64,000 nucleotides of DNA from an uncultured Acidobacteriota bacterium (GTDB lineage: Bacteria; Acidobacteriota; JAQAZP01). The notes beneath the pieces were generated by a model. That model had not been told where the DNA came from. It ran no database searches and saw only the letters and a program-made list of their open reading frames with translations. The stretch is taken from positions 352,001-416,000 of the forward strand of contig CAWIIB010000001.1 of the NCBI GenBank assembly GCA_963836075.1. Reading direction: 5' to 3'. This document shows positions 9,844 through 19,438 of this stretch, piece by piece (positions within the stretch are counted from its first letter, which is position 1; each line of letters starts with the position of its first letter). The position numbers were made by a program, and so were the translations under genes.

Positions 9844-10998
9844 AGCTCGCCGTCGACGCCAGGGAAGCAGCCGGCGCACCCACCGGTGTTGGCCGTTACC
9901 TGGTGAACCTGCTGCGCTGCTGGAACCGACCCTCAGGCCCGGATCAGGGCCACCGGATTACACTGTACATGGACGACCGGACCGGCGTCGCCGGAGCTCT
10001 TCTTTCCGGTGAGCGCCATCCGCCGCTGGCCCGAATTCGTTCCCGGCCGCGACACGCTGTGGCAGCAGGTCATCCTTCTCGCGGCGGCTCTTCCGGGACC
10101 GGCCCGATGTGGTCTTCTCCCCGGCCTACAGCCTGCCCTACCGCCGGCCCTGCCCGGCGGTGGTCACGGTGCACGACATCTCCTTCGAGGCGCACCCCGA
10201 ATGGTTTCCCCGGCGTCAGGCGATGCGGCGGCGCCAGACCTGCCGCCGGGCCTGCCGCTCGGCCCGGCTGGTGCTCACCATCTCCGAGTTTTCCAGAAAC
10301 GAGCTGATCAGCCGCTACCACCTTCCCGACGGACCGGGTGGTGACCGTACCCCTGGCCGCCGACCGCCGTTTCCGTCCCCAGGAGCATCCGGCGGCGCCC
10401 GGTCGGCTGCGCCGGCAGTACGGCATCAAGGGCCGCATGGTTCTTCACGCCGGCACCATCCTCAACCGGCGGATGATTCCCCTGTTGCTGGAAGCCTTTG
10501 CCCAGGTCCTGAAAGCAGACCCCGACCTGACCCTGGTCTTTGCCGGTGAAAACAGGAGCTGGCCGCCCATCGACCTGTTCGGTCTGGCCGCGCACCACGG
10601 CATCGACGACCGCATCGCGGCCCCGGGGTATGTCGAGCGACGACGATCTGGCGGCGCTGTACAACGCCGCGGCCCTCACCGTCTACCTCTCCGAGTACGA
10701 GGGCTTCGGCCTCCCCCCGCTGGAAGCCCTGGCCTCCGGGTGCCCGGTGATCACCACCGATGGCCACGCACTGCAGGAGAATTTCAACGGCCTGGCCTGC
10801 CTCTACCCGGGTCGCGAACCGGGAGCGCTGGCCCAGTGCATGCTCGACCAGCTGGCCCGCTCGGCGTCCGAAACGTGGGCCTCGAGACTGGAACGGAGCC
10901 GCCTGGCCGGTGAGCGCTTTTCCTGGGAGCGCACCGCGGACCGGACCTTGGCCCTGATCGCCGGGGCGGCCGGGCCCACTGAGAAGGGAGCGTGCTGA
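9840..10998 (+). pseudogene. Glycosyltransferase family 4, split by about 4 frameshifts (probably sequencing indels)
   Basis: MKLAVDARE..TGVGRY, TLWQQVIL, VVTVHDISF, GTILNRR and YEGFGLPPLEALA lie in successive +1 frames; ATGA overlap with the upstream GT. Confidence 0.85.
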
Positions 10999-12152
10999 GG
11001 GTCATGGGCAGAATCGGCATCGACGTGCGCAAGGCGGCCGATTTCGGCATCGGCCGTTACATCGAACGGCTGGTCCACGGCCTGGCCGGGCAGCCGCAGA
11101 CCGAACACACCTTCTTCCTCTTCGGCGGCCCCCGGGCCCTGGAGGTCTGCCGCGGCGCCGCCGGGGGCGACCCCCGGTTCACCATGGTCCCGCAGACCAG
11201 CAGGTCCTACTCCCTGGCCGAGCACTTCTCCCTGCCCCTGTCCCTCCGCCGGGCGGGGATTGACCTCTATCACAGCACTCACTACGTCCTGCCCCACGGC
11301 CCGCTGCCCCGCCGGGTGGTGACCTCGGTACACGATCTGATCCACCTGATCCTCCCCCGTTACCTGCCATCCCGGGCGGCGCTGCTCTACGCCCGGCACT
11401 TCATCGGCCGCGCCGCCCGCCGATCGGACGCGGTGATCACCGGTTCCGCGGCCACCCGCGACGACCTGCTGCGCCACTTTCCGGGGACCGCCCCGCAGAA
11501 GATCAGCATCATCCCCTACGGGGTGGATCACCGCTTCCGTCCGGCGGTCTCCGGGGAGGATCGTGCCGCGGACAGCGCGGAACTCCGCCGGCTGGGCATC
11601 GAAGGGCCCTATCTCCTCTTTGTGGGCAATTTCAAACCACACAAGAATCTCGCCGGCGTGCTGGAGGCCTTTGGCCGTTGCCAGGCCGCGAGAGAAGGGT
11701 GGGACCGCTCCCTGGTGCTGGTGGGCCGGGACCTCTCCTTCCAGCAGGGGCTGGTCCAGCACGCCTCCGGCCTGCGGCGCCCCGAGAAACTGGTGGCCCT
11801 GGGCCATCAGCCGGACAGCCTGCTGCCCGTGCTCTACCGCGGCGCCGACCTCTTCCTCTTCCCTTCGCTCTACGAGGGTTTCGGCCTGCCTCCGCTGGAG
11901 GCCCTGGCCTGCGGCGCCCCGGTGCTGGCCTCCCGCAGCGGAGCCCTGGGCGAAGTGCTGGGGGACGCCGCCGACTATTGCGATCCCGGCGATCCGGAGG
12001 ATATGGCCCGGGCCATTCTCCGTCTCGGCGATGACCCGCACACGGCGGAGCGAGCGGCGCACCGCGGACCTCAAAGGTCTGCCCTCTACCCCTGGTCCGA
12101 AACCGCGCGCCTGACCCTGGCCCTCTATGACCGGCTCCTGGGCCAGGGGTGA
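10992..12152 (+). CDS. Glycosyltransferase family 4
   Basis: IGIDVRK..FGIGRY, TSVHDLIH, VGNFKPHKN, YEGFGLPPLEALACG. Confidence 0.93.
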   Translation: MLRVMGRIGIDVRKAADFGIGRYIERLVHGLAGQPQTEHTFFLFGGPRALEVCRGAAGGDPRFTMVPQTSRSYSLAEHFSLPLSLRRAGIDLYHSTHYVLPHGPLPRRVVTSVHDLIHLILPRYLPSRAALLYARHFIGRAARRSDAVITGSAATRDDLLRHFPGTAPQKISIIPYGVDHRFRPAVSGEDRAADSAELRRLGIEGPYLLFVGNFKPHKNLAGVLEAFGRCQAAREGWDRSLVLVGRDLSFQQGLVQHASGLRRPEKLVALGHQPDSLLPVLYRGADLFLFPSLYEGFGLPPLEALACGAPVLASRSGALGEVLGDAADYCDPGDPEDMARAILRLGDDPHTAERAAHRGPQRSALYPWSETARLTLALYDRLLGQG

Positions 12153-12212
12153 GCTGGCGCAGGCGGCCGCCCTTCGTTGATCGGTGCGGACCCGAACATA
12201 TAGAATGGCCGG

Positions 12213-13354
12213 ATGAAGATCGCCCTGGTCCACGACTGGCTCACCGGGTTTCGCGGCGGCGAGCGTGTGCTGCTCTCGCTCTGCCGCCTCTACCCCGAGC
12301 GCAGTGGTGCATCACCCTGGTGCACCGGCCGGGAAGCCAGCCGGAGGAGATCGAGCGGATGGAGATCCGCACCTCCTTTGTCCAGCGGTTGCCCCTGGCG
12401 CTCAGCAAATACCGCCACTACCTGCCGCTGATGCCCACGGCCATCGAGCGGTTCGACCTGCGGGGTTTCGACCTGGTGATCAGTTCCAGCCACTGTGTGG
12501 CCAAGGGGGTGCGGGTTCCGGACGGGGATACCCCACGTCTGCTACTGCCACACACCCATGCGCTACGTCTGGGACATGTACCAGGACTATTTCGGTCCGG
12601 GCCGCGCCGGCCCCCTGACCCGCCTGGTCATCCCCTTCGCCGCCCGCTACCTGCGGTCCTGGGACCGGTCCAGCAGCAGCCGGGTGGGCTGGTTCGTCGC
12701 CAACTCGGCTTACGTTGCCCGAGCGGATCCGCCGGCATTACGGCCGCAACGCCGAGGTGATCCACCCGCCGGCGGATGTGGAGACCTTCACTCCCGGCAA
12801 CAGCGCCCCCGGCAACTATTACCTGCTGGTCTCTGCCCTCTCGCCCTACAAACGCGTTGAACTGGCCATCGAGGCCTTCAACCGCTCCGGCGCCGAGCTG
12901 CGCATCATCGGCTTCGGCCCGGAGGAGCAGCACCTGCGCAGCCTGGCCGGCCCAACGGTGAAATTCCTCGGCACCCTGCCGCTGGACCAGCTGGTTGAGC
13001 AGTACCGCGGTTGCCGTGCCTTTGTCTACGCCGCGGTGGAGGATTTCGGCCTGGCCCTGGTGGAGGCCCAGGCCTGCGGCCGACCGGTGGTGGCCCTGGG
13101 CAAGGGAGGCGCCCTGGAAAGCGTGGTGGATGGAAAAACCGGCGTCCTCTTCCCCGAGCAAACCGCTGACGCTCTGCTGGCCGCTGTTGACAGGCTTGAG
13201 GGGTTGCAGTTAAATACCGACGAAATCAGGGAGAACGCCCTGCGCTTCTCACACCGCTCCTTCGAGCGGAAGATGGCTCAGTTCGTGGACCGGAGCCTGG
13301 ACAGCGGGGGGCAGGCGGAATCCGAAAGAGGGGAGCTGGACCAAGCGAAGATGA
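12213..13354 (+). pseudogene. Glycosyltransferase family 4 (WbaZ/mannosyltransferase-like), frameshifted (probably sequencing indels)
   Basis: MKIALVHDWLTGFRGGERV, DLVISSSHCVAKG, CYCHTPMRYVWD and EDFGLALVEAQACG occur across frames; the last piece runs in frame into the WcaJ-like gene; the end is inferred from an ATGA overlap. Confidence 0.8.
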
Positions 13355-14790
13355 TCAAGAGCAGAAACCGGCTCATCGCCCTGACCTATCTTGCCGGCGA
13401 CCTCGGGGCCACCCTGCTGGCCTATCTCTCTGCCTACGTCCTGCGGTTCTACCTCTTCCCGGTGCACAAGGGCGTTCCGGCCTTTTTGGAATACCTCAAG
13501 CTGGTCCCCTTTATCCTGCTCATCTGGCCGCTCTGTTTCTATCTCAACAGCCTCTACCGCCTGTCCCGGGGCCGGTCGCGGGTGGAAACCTTCCTGCTGA
13601 CCACGGTCAGTGTCGTGCTGGCCGGGGCGCTGCTGCTGCCCTTCGACCTCTTCTACCGCGTCTACTTCCTGCGGGTGGAAAACATCCAGTACCAGCACTC
13701 GCGGTTCGCCCTGGTGATCTTTCTGATCCTCGACGTGATCCTGGTCTTCGCCACCCGTCAGATTTTCCGTGGTTACCTGGAGTACATCCGCACCCGCGGG
13801 TACAACCTGATCCGGATCGTGGTGGCCGGGGCCGGCGTGGTGGGCCAGAACCTGGTGGACAAGATCTCCCAGCACAGCGAACTGGGCTACCGGGTGGAGG
13901 GCTTCATCGACGATGACCCGGAGAAGCAGTCGCTGGTCTACCACGGCGTTCCGGTGCTGGGCACCCTTGATCAGCTGGAGGATATCCTGCGCGAACGACA
14001 CGTGGACCAACACGTGGACCAGATCTACGTGGCCCTGCCCCTGACGGCCCACGACCGGATGCTGCAACTGTTCGGTGTGGCCCGGGAGCAGATGGTGGGG
14101 ATCAAGGTGGTCCCCGACCTGATGGAGTTCATCACCTTCCGGGCCGGCGTGGAGGACCTGGACGGCCTGCCCATCGTCGACCTCGACCGCTCGCCGCTGC
14201 ACGAGTTCCACTACCTGATCAAACGTTCGGTGGACGTGGTCTTCGCCCTGCTGGCCCTGGTGCTGCTCAGCCCGCTCTTCCTCCTGGCCGCCATCGGTAT
14301 ACGGCTCAGCTCCAAAGGGCCGGTTTTCTATTCCCAGGAACGGATGGGAATGGACGGCAAACCATTCGTGATGTACAAATTCCGAACCATGAACATCGAT
14401 GCCGAGTCGGCCACCGGCCCGGTGTGGGCCCGTGAGGACGACCCACGGCGCACCGCCATCGGCTCCTGGCTGCGACGCTTGAGTATCGATGAACTGCCCC
14501 AGTTTTACAACGTGCTCAAGGGCGACATGAGCGTGGTGGGGCCGCGTCCGGAGCGGCCCAATTTTGTCCAGGAATTCAAACGCAAGATCCCGCAGTACAT
14601 GCTGCGGCACAAGGTCAAGTCGGGCATCACCGGCTGGGCCCAGATCAACGGCTGGCGCGGCAACACGTCGGTGACCAAGCGTATCGAGTACGACCTCTAC
14701 TACATCGAGAACTGGTCGCTGGCCCTCGACTTCAAGATCATGTGGCTCACCATCTGGCGCGGCCTGTTCCCCCAGAAAAACGCCTACTGA
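13351..14790 (+). CDS. Undecaprenyl-phosphate glucose phosphotransferase (WcaJ-like priming transferase)
   Basis: N-terminal TM helices, KRSVDV, YKFRTM, SIDELPQFYNVLKGDMSVVGPRPE, KSGITGWAQING, DLYYIENWS. Confidence 0.93.
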   Translation: MIKSRNRLIALTYLAGDLGATLLAYLSAYVLRFYLFPVHKGVPAFLEYLKLVPFILLIWPLCFYLNSLYRLSRGRSRVETFLLTTVSVVLAGALLLPFDLFYRVYFLRVENIQYQHSRFALVIFLILDVILVFATRQIFRGYLEYIRTRGYNLIRIVVAGAGVVGQNLVDKISQHSELGYRVEGFIDDDPEKQSLVYHGVPVLGTLDQLEDILRERHVDQHVDQIYVALPLTAHDRMLQLFGVAREQMVGIKVVPDLMEFITFRAGVEDLDGLPIVDLDRSPLHEFHYLIKRSVDVVFALLALVLLSPLFLLAAIGIRLSSKGPVFYSQERMGMDGKPFVMYKFRTMNIDAESATGPVWAREDDPRRTAIGSWLRRLSIDELPQFYNVLKGDMSVVGPRPERPNFVQEFKRKIPQYMLRHKVKSGITGWAQINGWRGNTSVTKRIEYDLYYIENWSLALDFKIMWLTIWRGLFPQKNAY

Positions 14791-14804
14791 CTGTATATGC
14801 AGTA

Positions 14805-14882
14805 CGGGCCATTGGTCTGTTGCTTCCGAGCGGCGTTGGAGCGCTTCGCGCCCGGAGCGAGGAGTGACAGACCAATGGCCCG
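14805..14882. repeat. Intergenic inverted repeat (16-bp perfect arms)
   Basis: CGGGCCATTGGTCTGT (14805-14820) pairs with ACAGACCAATGGCCCG (14867-14882); extendable by 6 bp with G-U pairs. Confidence 0.85.
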
Positions 14883-14886
14883 ACAA

Positions 14887-14914
14887 TTGATCTTTACCGC
14901 GGTTGGTCTATAAT
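14887..14914 (+). promoter_or_regulatory. sigma70 promoter
   Basis: TTGATC-16 nt-TATAAT, 44 nt upstream of the ATG at 14959. Confidence 0.6.
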
Positions 14915-14958
14915 GTTTTTTTCGTCAAAACACCTTGGCTAACAGGGAGAGGAATCTG

Positions 14959-15915
14959 ATGCAGATCGAAGGTAAAAAAATACTTATCACTGGCGGTTCC
15001 GGTTTCATCGGGTCCCATCTTTCCGAATATCTCCTGGACAAGGGTTGCCAGGTGATCGTACTGGACAACCTGAGCACCGGTGACATCGACAATGTGGCGC
15101 ATCTGATGAAGAACGAGAATTTCCTCTTCATCAAACATGACATTACCAACTATATCCATGTCCCCGGGGAACTGGATTTCATCCTGCACTTCGCCAGCCC
15201 GGCCAGCCCCATCGACTACCTCGAAATGCCGATCCAGACGATGAAGGTGGGGTCCCTGGGCACGCACAAGGCCCTGGGCCTGGCCAAGGAAAAAAAGGCC
15301 ACTCTCCTGCTGGCTTCCACTTCCGAAATTTATGGCGACCCGCTGATCCACCCCCAGAAGGAAGACTACTGGGGAAACGTGAACCCCATCGGGCCCCGCG
15401 GGGTGTATGACGAGGCCAAACGTTTCTCGGAAGCGCTGACCATGGCCTACCACCGCTATCATGGCGTCAATACCCGTATCGTGCGGATCTTCAACACCTT
15501 CGGCCCGAGAATGCGGATCAACGACGGCCGGGCGGTGCCCACCTTTGCCGCCCAGGCCCTGCGTGACGAGGACGTCACCGTCTTCGGCAAGGGCGACCAG
15601 ACCCGCAGCTTCTGTTACATCAGTGACCTGGTGGAAGGGATCTGCCGGCTGCTGGTTTCCGACCGAGTGGAGCCGATGAATATCGGCAACCCGCGGGAGA
15701 TGACCGTACTGCAGATCGCCGAACAGATCATCGCCCAGACCAACAGCAAGAGCCGGATCATCTTCAAGGACCTGCCGGAGGACGACCCGAAGACCAGGCA
15801 GCCGGATATCACCGAAGCCAGGCGGGTTTTGAACTGGGAGCCGGTGGTGGGGCTGGAGGACGGCCTGCACCGGACCATCGAGTATTTCAAGGAAAAGCTG
15901 GGTGTGAAGGACTGA
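14959..15915 (+). CDS. UDP-glucuronate decarboxylase family (UDP-xylose synthase-like SDR)
   Basis: [59 protein letters not shown]. Confidence 0.93.
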   Translation: MQIEGKKILITGGSGFIGSHLSEYLLDKGCQVIVLDNLSTGDIDNVAHLMKNENFLFIKHDITNYIHVPGELDFILHFASPASPIDYLEMPIQTMKVGSLGTHKALGLAKEKKATLLLASTSEIYGDPLIHPQKEDYWGNVNPIGPRGVYDEAKRFSEALTMAYHRYHGVNTRIVRIFNTFGPRMRINDGRAVPTFAAQALRDEDVTVFGKGDQTRSFCYISDLVEGICRLLVSDRVEPMNIGNPREMTVLQIAEQIIAQTNSKSRIIFKDLPEDDPKTRQPDITEARRVLNWEPVVGLEDGLHRTIEYFKEKLGVKD

Positions 15916-15926
15916 CGGCCCGTCCC

Positions 15927-16424
15927 CTATTTCTCCGCCGCTGCCGCCTGCCGCGCCGCCAGGGCATCGGCCAGTTCGGGAAACTCGCCGTATTCCGCCT
16001 CCGGTGGAAGCAGCTCGAGGTCCACGGTCAGGCCGTCCAGGGAGCCGGGCACGAACCCCGGTACCTCGACAATGATTTCCGCCGAGCGGTTGGTGACGAT
16101 ATCGCTTACATCAAGGGTCAGACGCCGGGTCTCCAGCGCCTCCTCCTCGTTCCCCGGGCCGAAACGGCGCAGCCGCACTGTCAACTGCCCCAGGGTGACA
16201 TCGGAGTCATTGATCACAAAGATGGAGAGCAGCGTGCCCACCGTCTCGTCCCACTGCCCGCGCTTCTCGGTGAACCCCTTCAGCTCCACCGCGTAGTCGG
16301 CTCTGGCGGCCAGCACTTCCAGCACCGGGTCCTGCTCTCCCGAACAGTTTAACCCGGCGGCGGCCGCCGCCAGTACCAGCATCATCAACACCGACCGGCG
16401 GCACCTCGTCATACGGATTTTCAT
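15927..16424 (-). CDS. Hypothetical lipoprotein
   Basis: Basic N-terminus, hydrophobic stretch and GLN-C lipobox-like motif; GGAGGT SD; directly downstream of mlaD. Confidence 0.7.
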   Translation of the reverse strand: MKIRMTRCRRSVLMMLVLAAAAAGLNCSGEQDPVLEVLAARADYAVELKGFTEKRGQWDETVGTLLSIFVINDSDVTLGQLTVRLRRFGPGNEEEALETRRLTLDVSDIVTNRSAEIIVEVPGFVPGSLDGLTVDLELLPPEAEYGEFPELADALAARQAAAAEK

Positions 16425-16473
16425 CTGCAACCGAACCTCCTGGTGAAGCGGCGGGGCCGGCCCCGTCAGCGCA

Positions 16474-17616
16474 CTATCCGTTGTCGTCTCCAGCGGCCTG
16501 CGCCTTCTCGGCCCGGACCTCTGCGCCCTTTTTCGCTTTGCGGGCGATGAGCCAGCTGAGGAAACTGCTGTCGTTGACCCCGGCCACCACATCCCGCATG
16601 CCCTCGTAGACCGAGGGGTCTTCGATCAACAGCCCCAGGGTCCCCTCCCCGCGGTCGATTTTTTCCAGGATCGAGGCCAGCGACACGGTGATGGAGTCGA
16701 GGTTGGCCAGCACCCGGTCAGCGTATTCCTCGTCGTGGAGCAGCCGCGGAGCCAGACCCTGGCCCGACTCCAGTTGCCGCGCCGTGCGCTCCAGCGAGCG
16801 GGAAGCGGAGACCAGGTTGTCCACCAGCTCCGTCCCCTCGGGCCGGTCGGCCAGCAGCGCACCGGCCACCCCATCCCCGTCCTCCAGCCGCGACATCAGC
16901 CGGTTCAGACTGCTCACCGTCTGTTGGAGCTCCCGGGTGACCTGTTCACCGTACTCCCCGTCGTGAATCAGCCGCCCGGCCAGCCCGTCACCGCTTTCCA
17001 GCTGGGCCAGCAACAGTTCCAGCCGGCCGGTGAAATCGTCGAAGCGCTGCAGCAATCCCTGGGAGAACTGCTCGTCGGAGAGCAGCTTGCCCAGCAGGGT
17101 CTCGCCCTCGTTGATCCCCTGGAGCAGCACCACCGTCTCATTGAGGATGGTGGCCAGCTGCTCGGCCACCATCTCGCCAGTCCCGGCGATCTGCTCCAGG
17201 TTGACCCCCTCGCGCACCGGAATCTCGGCACCCGGCTGCAGTGCTTCGGTGTCCCGGCCCAGGGACAGTTCGATGTATTTCTCGCCGGAGAGGATGCTCA
17301 GGCTCCGCGCCGTGGCCACCGTGTCCCGCCGGATACGGTTGGCCAGCTCGCTGCGCACGCTGATGGTGACCATGATGTAGCTGGCCACCGGGTCGTCGGA
17401 GAAACGGATCGACCGTACCCGTCCTGCTTCCAGGCCGCCCAGCTTCACCGGCGCCTGCTCGTTGAGGTTGACGATGGTGGGGAAACGGAGCTCGTATTCC
17501 ACGGTCCGGGCGAAGAAGCCCTCCCGGCTGCCCAGCATCAGCACCGCGGCCATGAAGAGCACCACGATCACCGAGACCACGGCACCCACACGAAGATTTT
17601 GTTCCCTCTCACCCAT
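16474..17616 (-). CDS. mlaD: MCE/MlaD family protein with long helical repeat region
   Basis: N-terminal TM, NEQAPVKLGGLEAGRV, ILSGEKYIEL, repeated GxGxLGxLLxD units. Confidence 0.9.
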   Translation of the reverse strand: MGEREQNLRVGAVVSVIVVLFMAAVLMLGSREGFFARTVEYELRFPTIVNLNEQAPVKLGGLEAGRVRSIRFSDDPVASYIMVTISVRSELANRIRRDTVATARSLSILSGEKYIELSLGRDTEALQPGAEIPVREGVNLEQIAGTGEMVAEQLATILNETVVLLQGINEGETLLGKLLSDEQFSQGLLQRFDDFTGRLELLLAQLESGDGLAGRLIHDGEYGEQVTRELQQTVSSLNRLMSRLEDGDGVAGALLADRPEGTELVDNLVSASRSLERTARQLESGQGLAPRLLHDEEYADRVLANLDSITVSLASILEKIDRGEGTLGLLIEDPSVYEGMRDVVAGVNDSSFLSWLIARKAKKGAEVRAEKAQAAGDDNG

Positions 17617-17622
17617 GGTCGG

Positions 17623-18366
17623 TCACATCTCCCTGGCCTGCAGAAATTCATGCAGCGGCCCCGGCGGTTCCGCCCGGGCCTCGTCCATGGTCCCGACGAA
17701 ATCAATGACTCCCTCGTGGAGCCAGGCTATTCTATCACCCACCAGCGCCGCGCTGTCGATGTCGTGGGTCACCACCACCGAGGTGATTCCCAGCCGGCTC
17801 TGCAACCCGCGGATCAGCCGGTTGATCCAACCGGCCACAACCGGATCGAGACCGGCGGTGGGTTCGTCATAGAGGATAACTTCCGGCTCCAGGGCCACGG
17901 CCCGGGCCAGGGCCACCCGCTTCTTCATGCCACCGCTCAGCTGGGCCGGCAAGAGGTCCACGGCGCTTTCCAGGTTGACCATGGAGAGGCACTGGTCCAC
18001 CCGCCGGCCGATGGCCTCCTCGTCCATGGCGGTGTGCTCCCGCAGCGCGAAGGCCACATTATCGCTCACCGTCATGGAATCGAAGAGCGCCCCGCCCTGA
18101 AAGACCATGGACACCTTCCTGCGCACCTGGCGCAGTTTCTCCTCGGACAGTCCGCTGATCTCCTGCCCCACCGCCCGGATCATCCCCCGGTCGGGCCGCA
18201 GCAGTCCCACTGCCAGCTTGAGGATCACGCTCTTGCCCGAACCGCTTGGTCCCAGCACCACCAGGGTTTCACCGGCACGCACATCCAGGGAGAGGCCGCG
18301 CAGCACACGGTTTTCGCCAAAGGCCTTGTACACGTCCTCGAAGGCCAGGATCGGTTGTTCGGTCAT
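17623..18366 (-). CDS. mlaF: Mla/Mkl ABC transporter ATP-binding protein
   Basis: GPSGSGKS, FQGGALFDSMTV, LSGGMKKRV, YDEPTAGLDP. Confidence 0.93.
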   Translation of the reverse strand: MTEQPILAFEDVYKAFGENRVLRGLSLDVRAGETLVVLGPSGSGKSVILKLAVGLLRPDRGMIRAVGQEISGLSEEKLRQVRRKVSMVFQGGALFDSMTVSDNVAFALREHTAMDEEAIGRRVDQCLSMVNLESAVDLLPAQLSGGMKKRVALARAVALEPEVILYDEPTAGLDPVVAGWINRLIRGLQSRLGITSVVVTHDIDSAALVGDRIAWLHEGVIDFVGTMDEARAEPPGPLHEFLQAREM

Positions 18367-18382
18367 CCGCTGTACCCACAGG

Positions 18383-19168
18383 TCAGAACATGATGAACAG
18401 CTTGGTCAGGAAAAAATTGGCCACCAGTATTGAGATCGAGGCCGCCACCACGGTGTTGGTGGTCATGCGCCCCACCCCGTCGGCCCCACCGCTCACCGAC
18501 AGCCCGTTGTAACAGCCGATGAAAGAGATAAAAAAGGCGAAAAAAAGTGATTTCCCGATCCCGCTGAACACATCGTGAAGACTCACCGCCTCCAGCACGT
18601 GCTCGAAATAGAAATTGGCGCTGATCCCCATCTCGGTGACCGCGATGAACAGGCCGCCGAGAATTCCCAGCAGGTCGGCAAGGATGGTCAGCAAGGGCAG
18701 CATGATTATCGTCGCCACCACCCGGGGCAACACCAGCCGGTGCACCGGGCTGGCCCCGAGGGCGCGCAGGGCGTCGACCTGCTCGGTGACCTTCATCGTC
18801 CCGATTTCGGCAGTGATTCCAGCGCCCACCCGGCCGCCCACCATCAACGCCGTGAGCACCGGGCCCAGCTCGCGAACCAGGGAAAGAGCCACCGCCTCGC
18901 CGATGAAATACTTCACCCCCAGCCGCCCGAGGGTGTAGTAGGTCTGAACCGCCATCACCATCCCGGTAAAAATGGCGGTAATATTGACGATGGACAGCGA
19001 TTTGACCCCCAGCTGGTCCAGCTGCACCAGCAGGAGCCGCCAGGGGAAACGGCGGGTGAACAGTGTCCGCAGCGTCTCCTCCAGCAGGCTGGTGAACGCA
19101 CCGATGTGCCGAATCAGCCGCACCGGCCCTGTACCCTGAACATCCTGCTGCCGCACTCCGCTCCTCAC
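18383..19168 (-). CDS. mlaE: Mla ABC transporter permease
   Basis: RELGPVLTALMVGGRVGAGITAEIGTMKVTEQVDAL, GGADGVG. Confidence 0.93.
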   Translation of the reverse strand: MRSGVRQQDVQGTGPVRLIRHIGAFTSLLEETLRTLFTRRFPWRLLLVQLDQLGVKSLSIVNITAIFTGMVMAVQTYYTLGRLGVKYFIGEAVALSLVRELGPVLTALMVGGRVGAGITAEIGTMKVTEQVDALRALGASPVHRLVLPRVVATIIMLPLLTILADLLGILGGLFIAVTEMGISANFYFEHVLEAVSLHDVFSGIGKSLFFAFFISFIGCYNGLSVSGGADGVGRMTTNTVVAASISILVANFFLTKLFIMF

Positions 19169-19305
19169 TGATGCGCCGCGCCGGCGGTGGTGCGGCTGGT
19201 GCTCCCGTTGTTCGATGATATCGGTTCGCCGATCAGGAAATCAAACCGGTCGTTCCATTTCCGTGCGGTGCGTGATGGCCGGCGCCATGCCCTGACCCGA
19301 AAATC

Positions 19306-19335
19306 TTGACAAAAACCGGCCCCGATGCTAACAAT
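19306..19335 (+). promoter_or_regulatory. Putative sigma70 promoter of the ileS operon
   Basis: TTGACA at 19306 and a weaker -10 (TAACAAT) at 19329-19335. Confidence 0.45.
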
Positions 19336-19438
19336 ACCGCTTCCCCGGGGCCTTTCCGTCTCCAGTGATCCGGATCCCGTCCGTGCCCCGCACCGCTGGG
19401 TGACCGCGCCTCAAAATTCTGTCTCAAGGACGACGAAC

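Noticed and set aside
14790-14803. ACTGTATATGCAGT (and ATCTGTATATAGAT near 57284) resembling a LexA box
   Set aside because: The spacing is CTG-N6-CAG rather than N10, and the adjacent genes are not SOS genes.
19398-19408. GGGTGACCGCG in the ileS leader, resembling a T-box core
   Set aside because: It lacks two bases of the UGGNACC bulge, no Stem I or specifier loop is evident, and the leader is only about 100 nt.
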